Shown piece after piece: positions 11,214 to 23,700 of a stretch of 64,000 nucleotides of DNA (positions within the stretch are counted from its first letter, which is position 1; each line of letters opens with the position of its first letter). Below the pieces are notes generated by a model. The model did not search any database, was not told where the DNA came from, and was given only the letters and a program-made list of their open reading frames with translations. Where the stretch lies: NCBI GenBank assembly GCA_964016885.1, contig OZ024744.1:8122001-8186000 (forward strand), written 5' to 3'. The translations under genes and the position numbers were made by a program. The DNA is from Eledone cirrhosa. Its lineage: Eukaryota.

Positions 11214-14200
11214 TAGGTAGAGGGTGTGACACAATACTAGGGTGGTAGATTGGTAGTATTGGTAGAGGGTGTGACACCATACTAGGGTGGTGGATTGGCA
11301 GTATAGGTAGACGGTGTGATACCATACTAGGGTGGTAGATTGGTAGTATAGTTAGAGGGTGCGACACCATCTTAGGGTGGTGGATTGGTAGTATTGGTAG
11401 AGGGTGTGACACCATGTTAGGGTAGTGGATTGGTAGAATTGGTAGAGGGTGTGATACCATACTAGGGTTGTAGATTGTTAGTATTGGTAGCGGTTGTGAC
11501 ACCATACTAGGGTGGTAGATAGGTAGTATTGGTAGAGGGTGTGATACCATACTAGAGTGGTGGATTGGTAGAATTGGTAGAGGGTGTGACACCATACTAG
11601 GGTGGTGGATAGGTAGTATTGTTAGAGTGTGTGACACCATACTAGTGTGGTGGATTGGTAGTATTGGTAGAGAGTTTGACACCATACTAGGGTGGTAGAT
11701 TGGTAGTTTTGGTAGAGTGTGTGACACCATACTAGAGTGGTGGATTGGTAGTATAGGTAGAGGGTGTGACAACATGTTAGGGTGGTGGATTGGTAGTATT
11801 GGTAGAGGATGTGACACCAAACTAGGGTGGTGGATTGGTAGTATAGGTAGAAGGTGTGACAGCATACTAGGGTGGTGGATTGGTAGTATTGGTAGAGGGT
11901 GTTACACCATACTAGTGTGGTGGATTGGTAGTATTGGTAGAGGGTGTGACACCATACTAGGTTGGTGGATTGGTAGTATAGGTAGAGGGTGTGACACCAT
12001 ACTAGGGTGGTGGATTGCTAGTATAGGTAGAGGGTGTGAGACAAAACTATGGTAGTGGATTGGTAGTATACGTAGAGGGTGTGACATCATACTAGTATGG
12101 TGGATAGTAGTATAGGTAGAGGGTGTGAGAGCATACTAGGGTGGTGGATTGACAGTATTGGTAGAAGGTGTGACACCATACTAGGGTGGTAGGTAGGTAG
12201 TATTGGTAGAGGATGTGATACCATACTAGGGTGGTGGATTGGTAGTATTGGTAGAGGGTGTGACACCTTACTAGAGTGGTAGATATGTAGTATTGGTAGA
12301 GGGTATGACACCATACTAGGGTGGTGGATTGGTAGTATAGGTAGAGGGTGTGACACCATACTAGCGTTTTGGATTGACAGTATAGGTAGAGGGTGTGACA
12401 CCATACTAGGGTGGTAGATTGGTAGTATAGGTAGAGGGTGTGAAACCATGTTAGGGTGGTTTGATTGGTAGTATTGGTAAAGGGTGTGACACCATACTAG
12501 GGTGGTAGATTGCTTGTATTTGTAGAGGGTTTGATACCATACTAGTATGGTGGATTGGCAGTATAGGTAGAGGGTGTGACACCATTCTAAGGTGGTGGAT
12601 TGGTAGTATTGGTAGAGGGTGTGACACCATACTAGTGTGGTGGATTGGTAGTATTGGTAGAGAGTTTGACACCATACTAGGGTGGTAGATTGGTAGTATT
12701 GGTAGAGGGTTTAACACCATACTAGGGTGGTGGAGTGGTAGTATTGGTAGAGGGTTTGACACCATACTAGGTTGGTGGATTGGTAGTATATGTAAAGGGT
12801 GTGACACCATACGAGGGTGGTGGATTGCTAGTATAGGTAGAGGGTGTGACACCAAACTTTGGTTGTGGATTGGTAGTATAGGTAGAGGGTGTGACACCAT
12901 ACTAGTGCGGTGGATTGGTAGTATAGGTAGAGGGTGTGACAGCATACTTGGGTGGTGGATTGACAGTATTGGTAGAGGGTGTGACACCATACTAGGGTGG
13001 TAGATAGGTAGTATTTGTAGAGGGTGTGATACCATACTAGGTTGGTGGATTGGTAGTATTGGTATAGGGTGTGACACCATAGTAGGGTGGTAGATAAGTA
13101 GTATTGGTAGAGGGTGTGATACCATACTAGGGTGGTGGATTGGTAGTACTGGTAGAGAGTTTGACACCATACTAGGGTGGTAGATTGGTAGTATTGGTAG
13201 AGTGTGTGACACCATACTAGGGTGGTGGATTGGTAGCATTGGTAGAGGGTGTGACACCATACTAGGTTGGTGGATTGATAGTATAGGTAGAGGGTGTGAC
13301 ACCATACTAGGGTGTTGGATTGGTAGTATAGGTAGAGGGTGTTACACCATACTAGGGTGGTAGATACGTAGTATTTGTAGACGGTGTGATACCATACTAG
13401 GGTGGTGGATTGGTAGTGTTGGTATAGGGTGTGACACCATACTAGGGTGGTAGATACTTAGTATTGGTAGAGGGTGTGATACCATACTAGGGTGGTACAT
13501 TGGTAGTATTGGTAGAGGGTGTGACACCATACTAGGGTGGTGGATTGGCAGTACAGGTAGAGGGCGTGATACCATACTAAGGTGGTAGATTGGTAGTATA
13601 GGTAGAGGGTGTGACACCATACTAGGGTGGTAGATAGGTAGTATCTGTAGACGGTGTGACAGCATACTAGGGTGGTGGATTGGTAGTATAGGTAGAGGGT
13701 GTGATACCATACTCGGGTGGTGGATTGGTAGTATTGGTAGAGGGTGTGACACCATACTATGGTGGTGGATTGGTAGTATTGGTAGAGGGTGTGACACCAT
13801 ACTAGGGTGGTGGATTGGCAGTATAGGTAGAGGGTGTGATACCATACTAAGGTGGTAGATTGGTAGTATAGGTAGAGGGTGTGACACCATACTAGGGTGG
13901 TGGATTGGTAGTATTGGTAGAGGGTGTGACACCATACTAGGCTGATGGATTGGTAGTATAGATATAGGGTGCGACACCGTACTAGGGTGGTGTATTGGTA
14001 GTATAGGTAGAGGGTGTGACACCATACTAGGGTGGTGGATTGGCAGTATAGGTAGTGGGTGTGACACCATACTAGTGTGGTGGATTGGTAGTATAGGTAG
14101 AGGGTGTGACAGCATACTAGGGTGGTGGATTGACAGTATTGGTAGAGGGTGTGACACCATACTAGGGTGGTAGATAGGTAGTATTGGTAGAGGGTGTGAT

Positions 14201-17200
14201 ACCATACTAGGGTGGTGGATTGGTAGTAGTGATAGAGGGTGTGACACATACTAGGGTGGTAGATAGGTAGTATTGGTAGCGGGTGTGACACCATGTTAGT
14301 GTGGTGGATTGGTAGTATTGGTAGAGGGTGTGACCCCATACTAGGATGGTGGATTGGTAGTATAGGTAGAGGGTGTGACACCATACTAGGGTGGTAGATT
14401 GGTAGTATATGTAGAGGGTGTGACACCATGTTAGGGTGGTGGATTGGTAGTATTGGTAGAGGGTGTGACACCATGTTAGGGTGGTGGATTGGTAGTATAG
14501 GTATAGAGTGTGACACCATACTAGTGTAGTGGATTGACAGCATAGGTAGAGGGTGTGACACCATACTAGGGCGGTGGGTTAGCAGTATAGGTAGAGGGTG
14601 TGACACCATTCTGGTATGGTGGATTGGCAGTATAGGTAGAGGGTGTGACACCATTCTAGTATGGTGGATTGGTAGTATAGGTAGAGGGTGTGACACCATA
14701 CCAGGTGATGGATTGGTAGTGTAGGTAGAGGGTGTGACACCATACTAGGGTGGTGGATTGGTAGTATTGGTAGCGGTTGTGACACCCTACTAGGGTGGTA
14801 GATAGGTAGTATTTGTAGAGGGTGTGATACCATACTAGGGTGGTGGATTGGTAGAATTGGTATAGGGTGTGACACCATACTAGGGTGGTAGATAGGTAGT
14901 ATTGGTAGAGGGTGTGATACCTTACTAGGGTGGTGGATTGGTAGTATTGGTAGAGGGTGTGATACCATAATTGGGTGGTGGATTGACAGTATATGTAGAG
15001 GGTGTGATACCATACTAGTATGGTGGATTGGCAGTATAGGTAGAGGGTGTGACACCATACTAGGGTGATGGATTGGTAGTATTGGTAGAGGGTGTGACAC
15101 CATACTAGTGTGGTGGATTGGTAGTATTGGTAGAGAGTTTGACACCATAGTAGGGTAGTAGATTGGTAGTATTGGTAGAGTGTGTGACACCATACTAGGG
15201 TGGTGAATTGGTAGTATTGGTAGAGGGTGTGACACCATACTAGGTTGGTGGATTGGTAGTATAGGTAGAGGGTGTGACACCATACTAGGATGGTGGATTG
15301 CTAGTATAGGTAGAGGGTGTGACGCCAAACTATGGTAGTGGATTGGTAGTATAGGTAGAGGGTGTGACACCATACTAGTGTGGTGGATTGGTAGTATAGG
15401 TAGAGGGTGTGACACCATACTAGGGTGGTAGATAGGTAGTATTTGTAGAGGGTGTGATACCATACTAGGGTGGTGGATTGGTAGTATTGGTATAGGGTGT
15501 GACACCATGTTAGGGTGGTAGGTTGGTAGTATTAGTAGAGGGTGTGACACCATACTAGGGTGGTGGATTGGTAGTATTGTTAGAGGGTGTGATACCATAA
15601 TAGGGTGGTGGATTGGTAGTATTGGTAGAGGGTGTGACACCATACTAGGGTGGTAGATAGGTAGTATTGCTAGAGGGTGTGACACCATATTAGGGTGGTG
15701 GATTGGTAGTATAGGTAGAGGGTGTGACACCATACTAGGGTGGTAGATTGGTAGTATTGGTAGAGGGTGTGACACCATACTTGGGTGGGGGATTGGCAGT
15801 ATAGGTAGAGGGTGTGACACCATGTTAGGGTGGTAGATTGGTAGTATAGTTAGAGTGTGTGACAGCACACTACGGTGGTGGGTTGGTAGAATAGGTAGAG
15901 GGTCTGACACCATGTTAGGGTGGTGGATTGGTAGTATTGGTAGAGCGTGTGACACCATGTTAGGGTGGTGGATTGGTAGTATAGGTAGAGGGTGTGACAC
16001 CATACTTGGGTGGTGGATTGGTAGTGTAGGTAGAGGGTGTGACACAATACTAGGGTGGTAGATTGGTAGTATTGGTAGAGGGTGTGACACCATACTAGGG
16101 TGGTGGATTGGCAGTATAGGTAGACGGTGTGATACCATACTAGGGTGGTAGATTGGTAGTATAGTTAGAGGGTGCGACACCATCTTAGGGTGGTGGATTG
16201 GTAGTATTGGTAGAGGGTGTGACACCATGTTAGGGTAGTGGATTGGTAGAATTGGTAGAGGGTGTGATACCATACTAGGGTTGTAGATTGTTAGTATTGG
16301 TAGCGGTTGTGACACCATACTAGGGTGGTAGATAGGTAGTATTGGTAGAGGGTGTGATACCATACTAGGGTGGTGGATTGGTAGAATTGGTAGAGGGTGT
16401 GACACCATACTAGGGTGGTGGATAGGTAGTATTGTTAGAGTGTGTGACACCATACTAGGGTGGTGGATTGGTAGTATTGGTAGAGAGTTTGACACCATAC
16501 TAGGGTGGTAGATTGGTAGTATTGGTAGAGTGTGTGACACCATACTAGAGTGGTGGATTGGTAGTATAGGTAGAGGGTGTGACAACATGTTAGGGTGGTG
16601 GATTGGTAGTATTGGTAGAGGATGTGACACCAAACTAGGGTGGTGGATTGGTAGTATAGGTAGAAGGTGTGACAGCATACTAGGGTGGTGGATTGGTAGT
16701 ATTGGTAGAGGGTGTTACACCATACTAGTGTGGTGGATTGGTAGTATTGGTAGAGGGTGTGACACCATACTAGGTTGGTGGATTGGTAGTATAGGTAGAG
16801 GGTGTGACACCATACTAGGGTGGTGGATTGCTAGTATAGGTAGAGGGTGTGAGACAAAACTATGGTAGTGGATTGGTAGTATACGTAGAGGGTGTGACAT
16901 CATACTAGTATGGTGGATAGTAGTATAGGTAGAGGGTGTGAGAGCATACTAGGGTGGTGGATTGACAGTATTGGTAGAAGGTGTGACACCATACTAGGGT
17001 GGTAGGTAGGTAGTATTGGTAGAGGATGTGATACCATACTAGGGTGGTGGATTGGTAGTATTGGTAGAGGGTGTGACACCTTACTAGAGTGGTAGATATG
17101 TAGTATTGGTAGAGGGTATGACACCATACTAGGGTGGTGGATTGGTAGTATAGGTAGAGGGTGTGACACCATACTAGCGTTTTGGATTGACAGTATAGGT

Positions 17201-20200
17201 AGAGGGTGTGACACCATACTAGGGTGGTAGATTGGTAGTATAGGTAGAGGGTGTGAAACCATGTTAGGGTGGTTTGATTGGTAGTATTGGTAAAGGGTGT
17301 GACACCATACTAGGGTGGTAGATTGCTTGTATTTGTAGAGGGTTTGATACCATACTAGTATGGTGGATTGGCAGTATAGGTAGAGGGTGTGACACCATTC
17401 TAAGGTGGTGGATTGGTAGTATTGGTAGAGGGTGTGACACCATACTAGTGTGGTGGATTGGTAGTATTGGTAGAGAGTTTGACACCATACTAGGGTGGTA
17501 GATTGGTAGTATTGGTAGAGGGTTTAACACCATACTAGGGTGGTGGAGTGGTAGTATTGGTAGAGGGTTTGACACCATACTAGGTTGGTGGATTGGTAGT
17601 ATATGTAAAGGGTGTGACACCATACTAGGGTGGTGGATTGCTAGTATAGGTAGAGGGTGTGACACCAAACTCTGGTTGTGGATTGGTAGTATAGGTAGAG
17701 GGTGTGACACCATACTAGTGCGGTGGATTGGTAGTATAGGTAGAGGGTGTGACAGCATACTTGGGTGGTGGATTGACAGTATTGGTAGAGGGTGTGACAC
17801 CATACTAGGGTGGTAGATAGGTAGTATTTGTAGAGGGTGTGATACCATACTAGGTTGGTGGATTGGTAGTATTGGTATAGGGTGTGACACCATAGTAGGG
17901 TGGTAGATAAGTAGTATTGGTAGAGGGTGTGATACCATACTAGGGTGGTGGATTGGTAGTACTGGTAGAGAGTTTGACACCATACTAGGGTGGTAGATTG
18001 GTAGTATTGGTAGAGTGTGTGACACCATACTAGGGTGGTGGATTGGTAGCATTGGTAGAGGGTGTGACACCATACTAGGTTGGTGGATTGATAGTATAGG
18101 TAGAGGGTGTGACACCATACTAGGGTGTTGGATTGGTAGTATAGGTAGAGGGTGTTACACCATACTAGGGTGGTAGATACGTAGTATTTGTAGACGGTGT
18201 GATACCATACTAGGGTGGTGGATTGGTAGTGTTGGTATAGGGTGTGACACCATACTAGGGTGGTAGATACTTAGTATTGGTAGAGGGTGTGATACCATAC
18301 TAGGGTGGTACATTGCTAGTATTGGTAGAGGGTGTGACACCATACTAGGGTGGTGGATTGGCAGTACAGGTAGAGGGCGTGATACCATACTAAGGTGGTA
18401 GATTGGTAGTATAGGTAGAGGGTGTGACACCATACTAGGGTGGTAGATAGGTAGTATCTGTAGACGGTGTGACAGCATACTAGGGTGGTGGATTGGTAGT
18501 ATAGGTAGAGGGTGTGATACCATACTCGGGTGGTGGATTGGTAGTATTGGTAGAGGGTGTGACACCATACTATGGTGGTGGATTGGTAGTATTGGTAGAG
18601 GGTGTGACACCATACTAGGGTGGTGGATTGGCAGTATAGGTAGAGGGTGTGATACCATACTAAGGTGGTAGATTGGTAGTATAGGTAGAGGGTGTGACAC
18701 CATACTAGGGTGGTGGATTGGTAGTATTTGTAGAGGGTGTGACACCATACTAGGCTGATGGATTGGTAGTATAGATATAGGGTGCGACACCGTACTAGGG
18801 TGGTGTATTGGTAGTATAGGTAGAGGGTGTGACACCATACTAGGGTGGTGGATTGGCAGTATAGGTAGTGGGTGTGACACCATACTAGTGTGGTGGATTG
18901 GTAGTATAGGTAGAGGGTGTGACAGCATACTAGGGTGGTGGATTGACAGTATTGGTAGAGGGTGTGACACCATACTAGGGTGGTAGATAGGTAGTATTGG
19001 TAGAGGGTGTGATACCATACTAGGGTGGTGGATTGGTAGTAGTGATAGAGGGTGTGACACATACTAGGGTGGTAGATAGGTAGTATTGGTAGCGGGTGTG
19101 ACACCATGTTAGTGTGGTGGATTGGTAGTATTGGTAGAGGGTGTGACCCCATACTAGGATGGTGGATTGGTAGTATAGGTAGAGGGTGTGACACCATACT
19201 AGGGTGGTAGATTGGTAGTATATGTAGAGGGTGTGACACCATACTAGGGTGGTGGATTGGTAGTATAGGTAGAGGGTGTGACACCATACTAGGGCGGTGG
19301 GTTAGCAGTATAGGTAGAGGGTGTGACACCATTCTGATATGGTGGATTGGCAGTATAGGTAGAGGGTGTGACACCATTCTAGTATGGTGGATTGGTAGTA
19401 TAGGTAGAGGGTGTGACACCATACCAGGTGATGGATTGGTAGTGTAGGTAGAGGGTGTGACACCATACTAGGGTGGTGGATTGGTAGTATTGGTAGCGGT
19501 TGTGACACCCTACTAGGGTGGTAGATAGGTAGTATTTGTAGAGGGTGTGATACCATACTAGGGTGGTGGATTGGTAGAATTGGTATAGGGTGTGACACCA
19601 TACTAGGGTGGTAGATAGGTAGTATTGGTAGAGGGTGTGATACCTTACTAGGGTGGTGGATTGGTAGTATTGGTAGAGGGTGTGATACCATAATTGGGTG
19701 GTGGATTGACAGTATATGTAGAGGGTGTGATACCATACTAGTATGGTGGATTGGCAGTATAGGTAGAGGGTGTGACACCATACTAGGGTGATGGATTGGT
19801 AGTATTGGTAGAGGGTGTGACACCATACTAGTGTGGTGGATTGGTAGTATTGGTAGAGAGTTTGACACCATAGTAGGGTAGTAGATTGGTAGTATTGGTA
19901 GAGTGTGTGACACCATACTAGGGTGGTGAATTGGTAGTATTGGTAGAGGGTGTGACACCATACTAGGTTGGTGGATTGGTAGTATAGGTAGAGGGTGTGA
20001 CACCATACTAGGGTGGTGGATTGGTAGTATAGGTAGAGGGTGTGACACCATACTAGCGTTTTGGATTGACAGTATAGGTAGAGGGTGTGACACCATACTA
20101 GGGTGGTAGATTGGTAGTATAGGTAGAGGGTGTGACACCATACTAGGGTGGTAGATAGGTAGTATTTGTAGAGGGTGTGATACCATACTAGGGTGGTGGA

Positions 20201-20749
20201 TTGGTAGTATTGGTATAGGGTGTGACACCATGTTAGGGTGGTAGGTTGGTAGTATTAGTAGAGGGTGTGACACCATACTAGGGTGGTGGATTGGTAGTAT
20301 TGTTAGAGGGTGTGATACCATAATAGGGTGGTGGATTGGTAGTATTGGTAGAGGGTGTGACACCATACTAGGGTGGTAGATAGGTAGTATTGCTAGAGGG
20401 TGTGACACCATATTAGGGTGGTGGATTGGTAGTATAGGTAGAGGGTGTGACACCATACTAGGGTGGTAGATTGGTAGTATTGGTAGAGGGTGTGACACCA
20501 TACTTGGGTGGGGGATTGGCAGTATAGGTAGAGGGTGTGACACCATGTTAGGGTGGTAGATTGGTAGTATAGTTAGAGTGTGTGACAGCACACTAGGGTG
20601 GTGGGTTGGTAGAATAGGTAGAGGGTCTGACACCATGTTAGGGTGGTGGATTGGTAGTATTGGTAGAGCGTGTGACACCATGTTAGGGTGGTGGATTGGT
20701 AGTATAGGTAGAGGGTGTGACACCATACTTGGGTGGTGGATTGGTAGTG
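11214..20749. repeat. Tandem duplication of about 4.8 kb (11214-16026 / 16027-20749)
   Basis: ORF pairs 11717/16530, 11902/16715, 12087/16900, 12451/17264 and 13342/18155 are all offset by 4813. After a net 90-bp loss near 19240 the offset is 4723 (14579/19302, 15855/20578). The junction lies within 16027-16045. Confidence 0.88.
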
Positions 20750-23700
20750 TAGGTAGAGGGTGTGACACCATACTAGGGTGGTGGATTTTTAGTATAGGTA
20801 GAGGGTGTGACACCATACTAGTGTGGTGGGTTGGTAGTATAGGTAGAGGGTGTGATACCATACTAGAGTGGAGGATTGGTAGTATTGGTAGAGGGGGTGA
20901 CACCATACTAGGGTGGTAGATAGGTAGTATTGGTAGAGCGTGTGACACCATACTAGGGTGGTAGATTGGTAGTATTGGTAGAGGGTGTGACACCATACTA
21001 GGGTGGTGGATTGGTAGTATAGGTAGAAGTTATGACACCATACTAGGGTGGTGGATTGGTAGTATTGGTAGAGGGTGTGACACCATGCTTGGGTGGTGCA
21101 TTGCTAGTATAGGTAGAGGGTGTGACACCATACTAGGGTGGTAGATTGGTAGTATTGATAGAGGGTGTGACACCATACTAGGGTGGTGGATTGGTAGTAT
21201 AGGTAGAAGGTGTGACACCATACTAGGGTGGTAGATTGGTTGTATAGGTAGAGGGTGTGATACCATACTAGGGTGGTGGAGTGACAGTATAGCTAGAGGG
21301 TGTGACACCATACTAGCGTGTTAGATTGGTAGTATTGGTAGAGGGTGTGACACCATGGTAAGGTGGTGGATTGGTAGTATTGATAGAGGGTGTGACACCA
21401 TACTAGGGTGGTGTATTGGTAGAGGTTGTGACACAATACTAGGGTGGTGGATTGGTAGTATTGGTAGAGTATGTGAAACCATGTTAGTGTGGTGGATTGG
21501 TAGTATTGGTAGAGGGTGTGACACCATGTTAGGGTGGTGGATTGGTAGTATAGGTAGAGGGTGTGACACCATGTTAGGCTGGCTGATTGGTAGTATTGGT
21601 AGAGGGTGGGACACCATACTGGTATGGTGGATTGGTAGTATAGGTAGAGTGTGTGACACCATACTTGGGTGGTAGATTGGTAGTATAGGTAGAGGGTGTG
21701 ATACCATACTAGGGTGGTAGATTGGTATTATTGGTAGAGGGTGTGACACCATACTAGGTGGTGGATTGGTAGTATAGGTAGAGGGTGTGACACCATACTA
21801 GGGTGGTGGATTGGTAGTATTGGTAGAGGGTGCGACACCATACTAGGTTGGTGGATTGGTAGTATAGGTAGAGGGTGTGACACCATACTAGGGTGGTGGA
21901 TTGGTAGTATAGGTAGAGGGTGTGACACCATACTAGGGTGGTTTATTGGTAGTATTGGTAGAGGGTGTGACACTATACTAGGGTGGTGGATAGGTAGTAT
22001 AGGTAGAGGGTGTGACACCATACTAGTGTGGTGTATTGGTAGTATAGGTAGAGGGTGTGACACCATACTAGTGTGGTGGATTGGTAGTATAGGTAGAGGG
22101 TGTGACAGCATACTAGGGTGGTGGATTGACAGTATTGGTAGAGGGTGTGACACCATACTAGGGGGGTAGATAGGTAGTATTGGTAGAGGGTGTGATACCA
22201 TACTAGGTTGGTGGATTGGTAGTATTGATAGAGGGTGTGACACCATACAAGGGTGGTGGATTGGTAGTATAGGTAGAGGGTGTGACACCATACTAGGGTG
22301 GTGGATTGGCAGTATAGGTAGAGGGTGTGACACCATACTCGGTTGGTGGATTGGTAGTATTGATAGAGGGTGTGACACCATACTAGGGTGGTGGATTGGC
22401 AGTATAGGTAGAGGGTGTGATACCATACTCGGGTGGTGAATTGGTAGTATTAGTAGAGGGTGTGACAGCATACTAGGGTGGTAGATATGCAGTAGAGGGT
22501 AGAGGGTGTGACACCATACCAGGGTGGTGGATTGGTAGTATAGGTAGAGGGTCTGACAACATGTTAGGGTGGTGGATTGGTAGTATTGGTAGAGGGTGTG
22601 ACACCATACTAGGGTGGTGCATTGGTAGTACAGGTAGAGGGTGTGACACCATACTAGGGTGGTAGATTGGTATTATAGGTAGAGGGTGTGACACCATGTT
22701 AGGGTGGTGGATTGGTCGTATTGATAGAGGGTGTGACACCATGTTAGGGTGGTGGATTGGTAGTATTGGTATAGGGTGTGACACCATACTAGGGTGGTGG
22801 ATTGGTAGTATTGGTAGAGGGTGTGATACCATACTAGTGTGGTGGATTGGTAGTATTAGTAGAGAGTTTGACACCATACTAGGGTGGTAGATTGGAAGTA
22901 TTGGTAGAGTGTGTGACACCATACTAGGTTGGTTGATTGGTAGTATAGGTAAGGGTGTGACACCATACTAGGGTGGTGGATTGCTAGTATACGTAGTGGG
23001 TGTGACACCAAACTATGGTAGTGGATTGGTAGTATAGGTAGAGGGTGTGACACCATACTAGTGTGGTGGATTGGTAGTATAGGTAGAGGGTGTGACATCA
23101 TACTAGGCTGGTGGATTGACAGTAATGGTAGAGGGTGTGACACCATACTAGGGTGGTAGCTAGGTAGTATTTGTAGAGGGTGTGATACCTTACTAGGGTG
23201 GTGGATTGGCAGTATAGGTAGAGGGTGTGACACCATGTTAGGGTGGTGGATTGGTAGTATTGGTAGAGGGTGTGACACCATACTAGGGTGGTAGATTGGT
23301 AGTATATGTAGAGGGTGTGACACCATGGTAGGTTGGTAGATTGGTAGTATTAGTAGAGGGTGTGACACCATACTAGGGTTGTGGATTGGTAGTATTGTTA
23401 GAGGGTGTGACACCATAATAGGGTGGTGGATTGGTAGTATTGGTAGAGGGGGTGACACCATACTAGGGTGGTAGATAGGTAGTATTGGTAGAGGGTGTGA
23501 CACCATACTAGGGTGGTAGATTGGTAGTATAGGTAGAGGGTGTGACACCATACTAGGGTGGTGGATTGGTAGTATTGGTAGAGGGTGAGACACCATGTTA
23601 GGGTGGTGGATTGGTAGTATCTGTAGAGGGTGTGACACCATACTTGGGTGGGGGATTGGCAGTATACTTAGAGGGTGTGACACCATGTTAGGGTGGTGGA

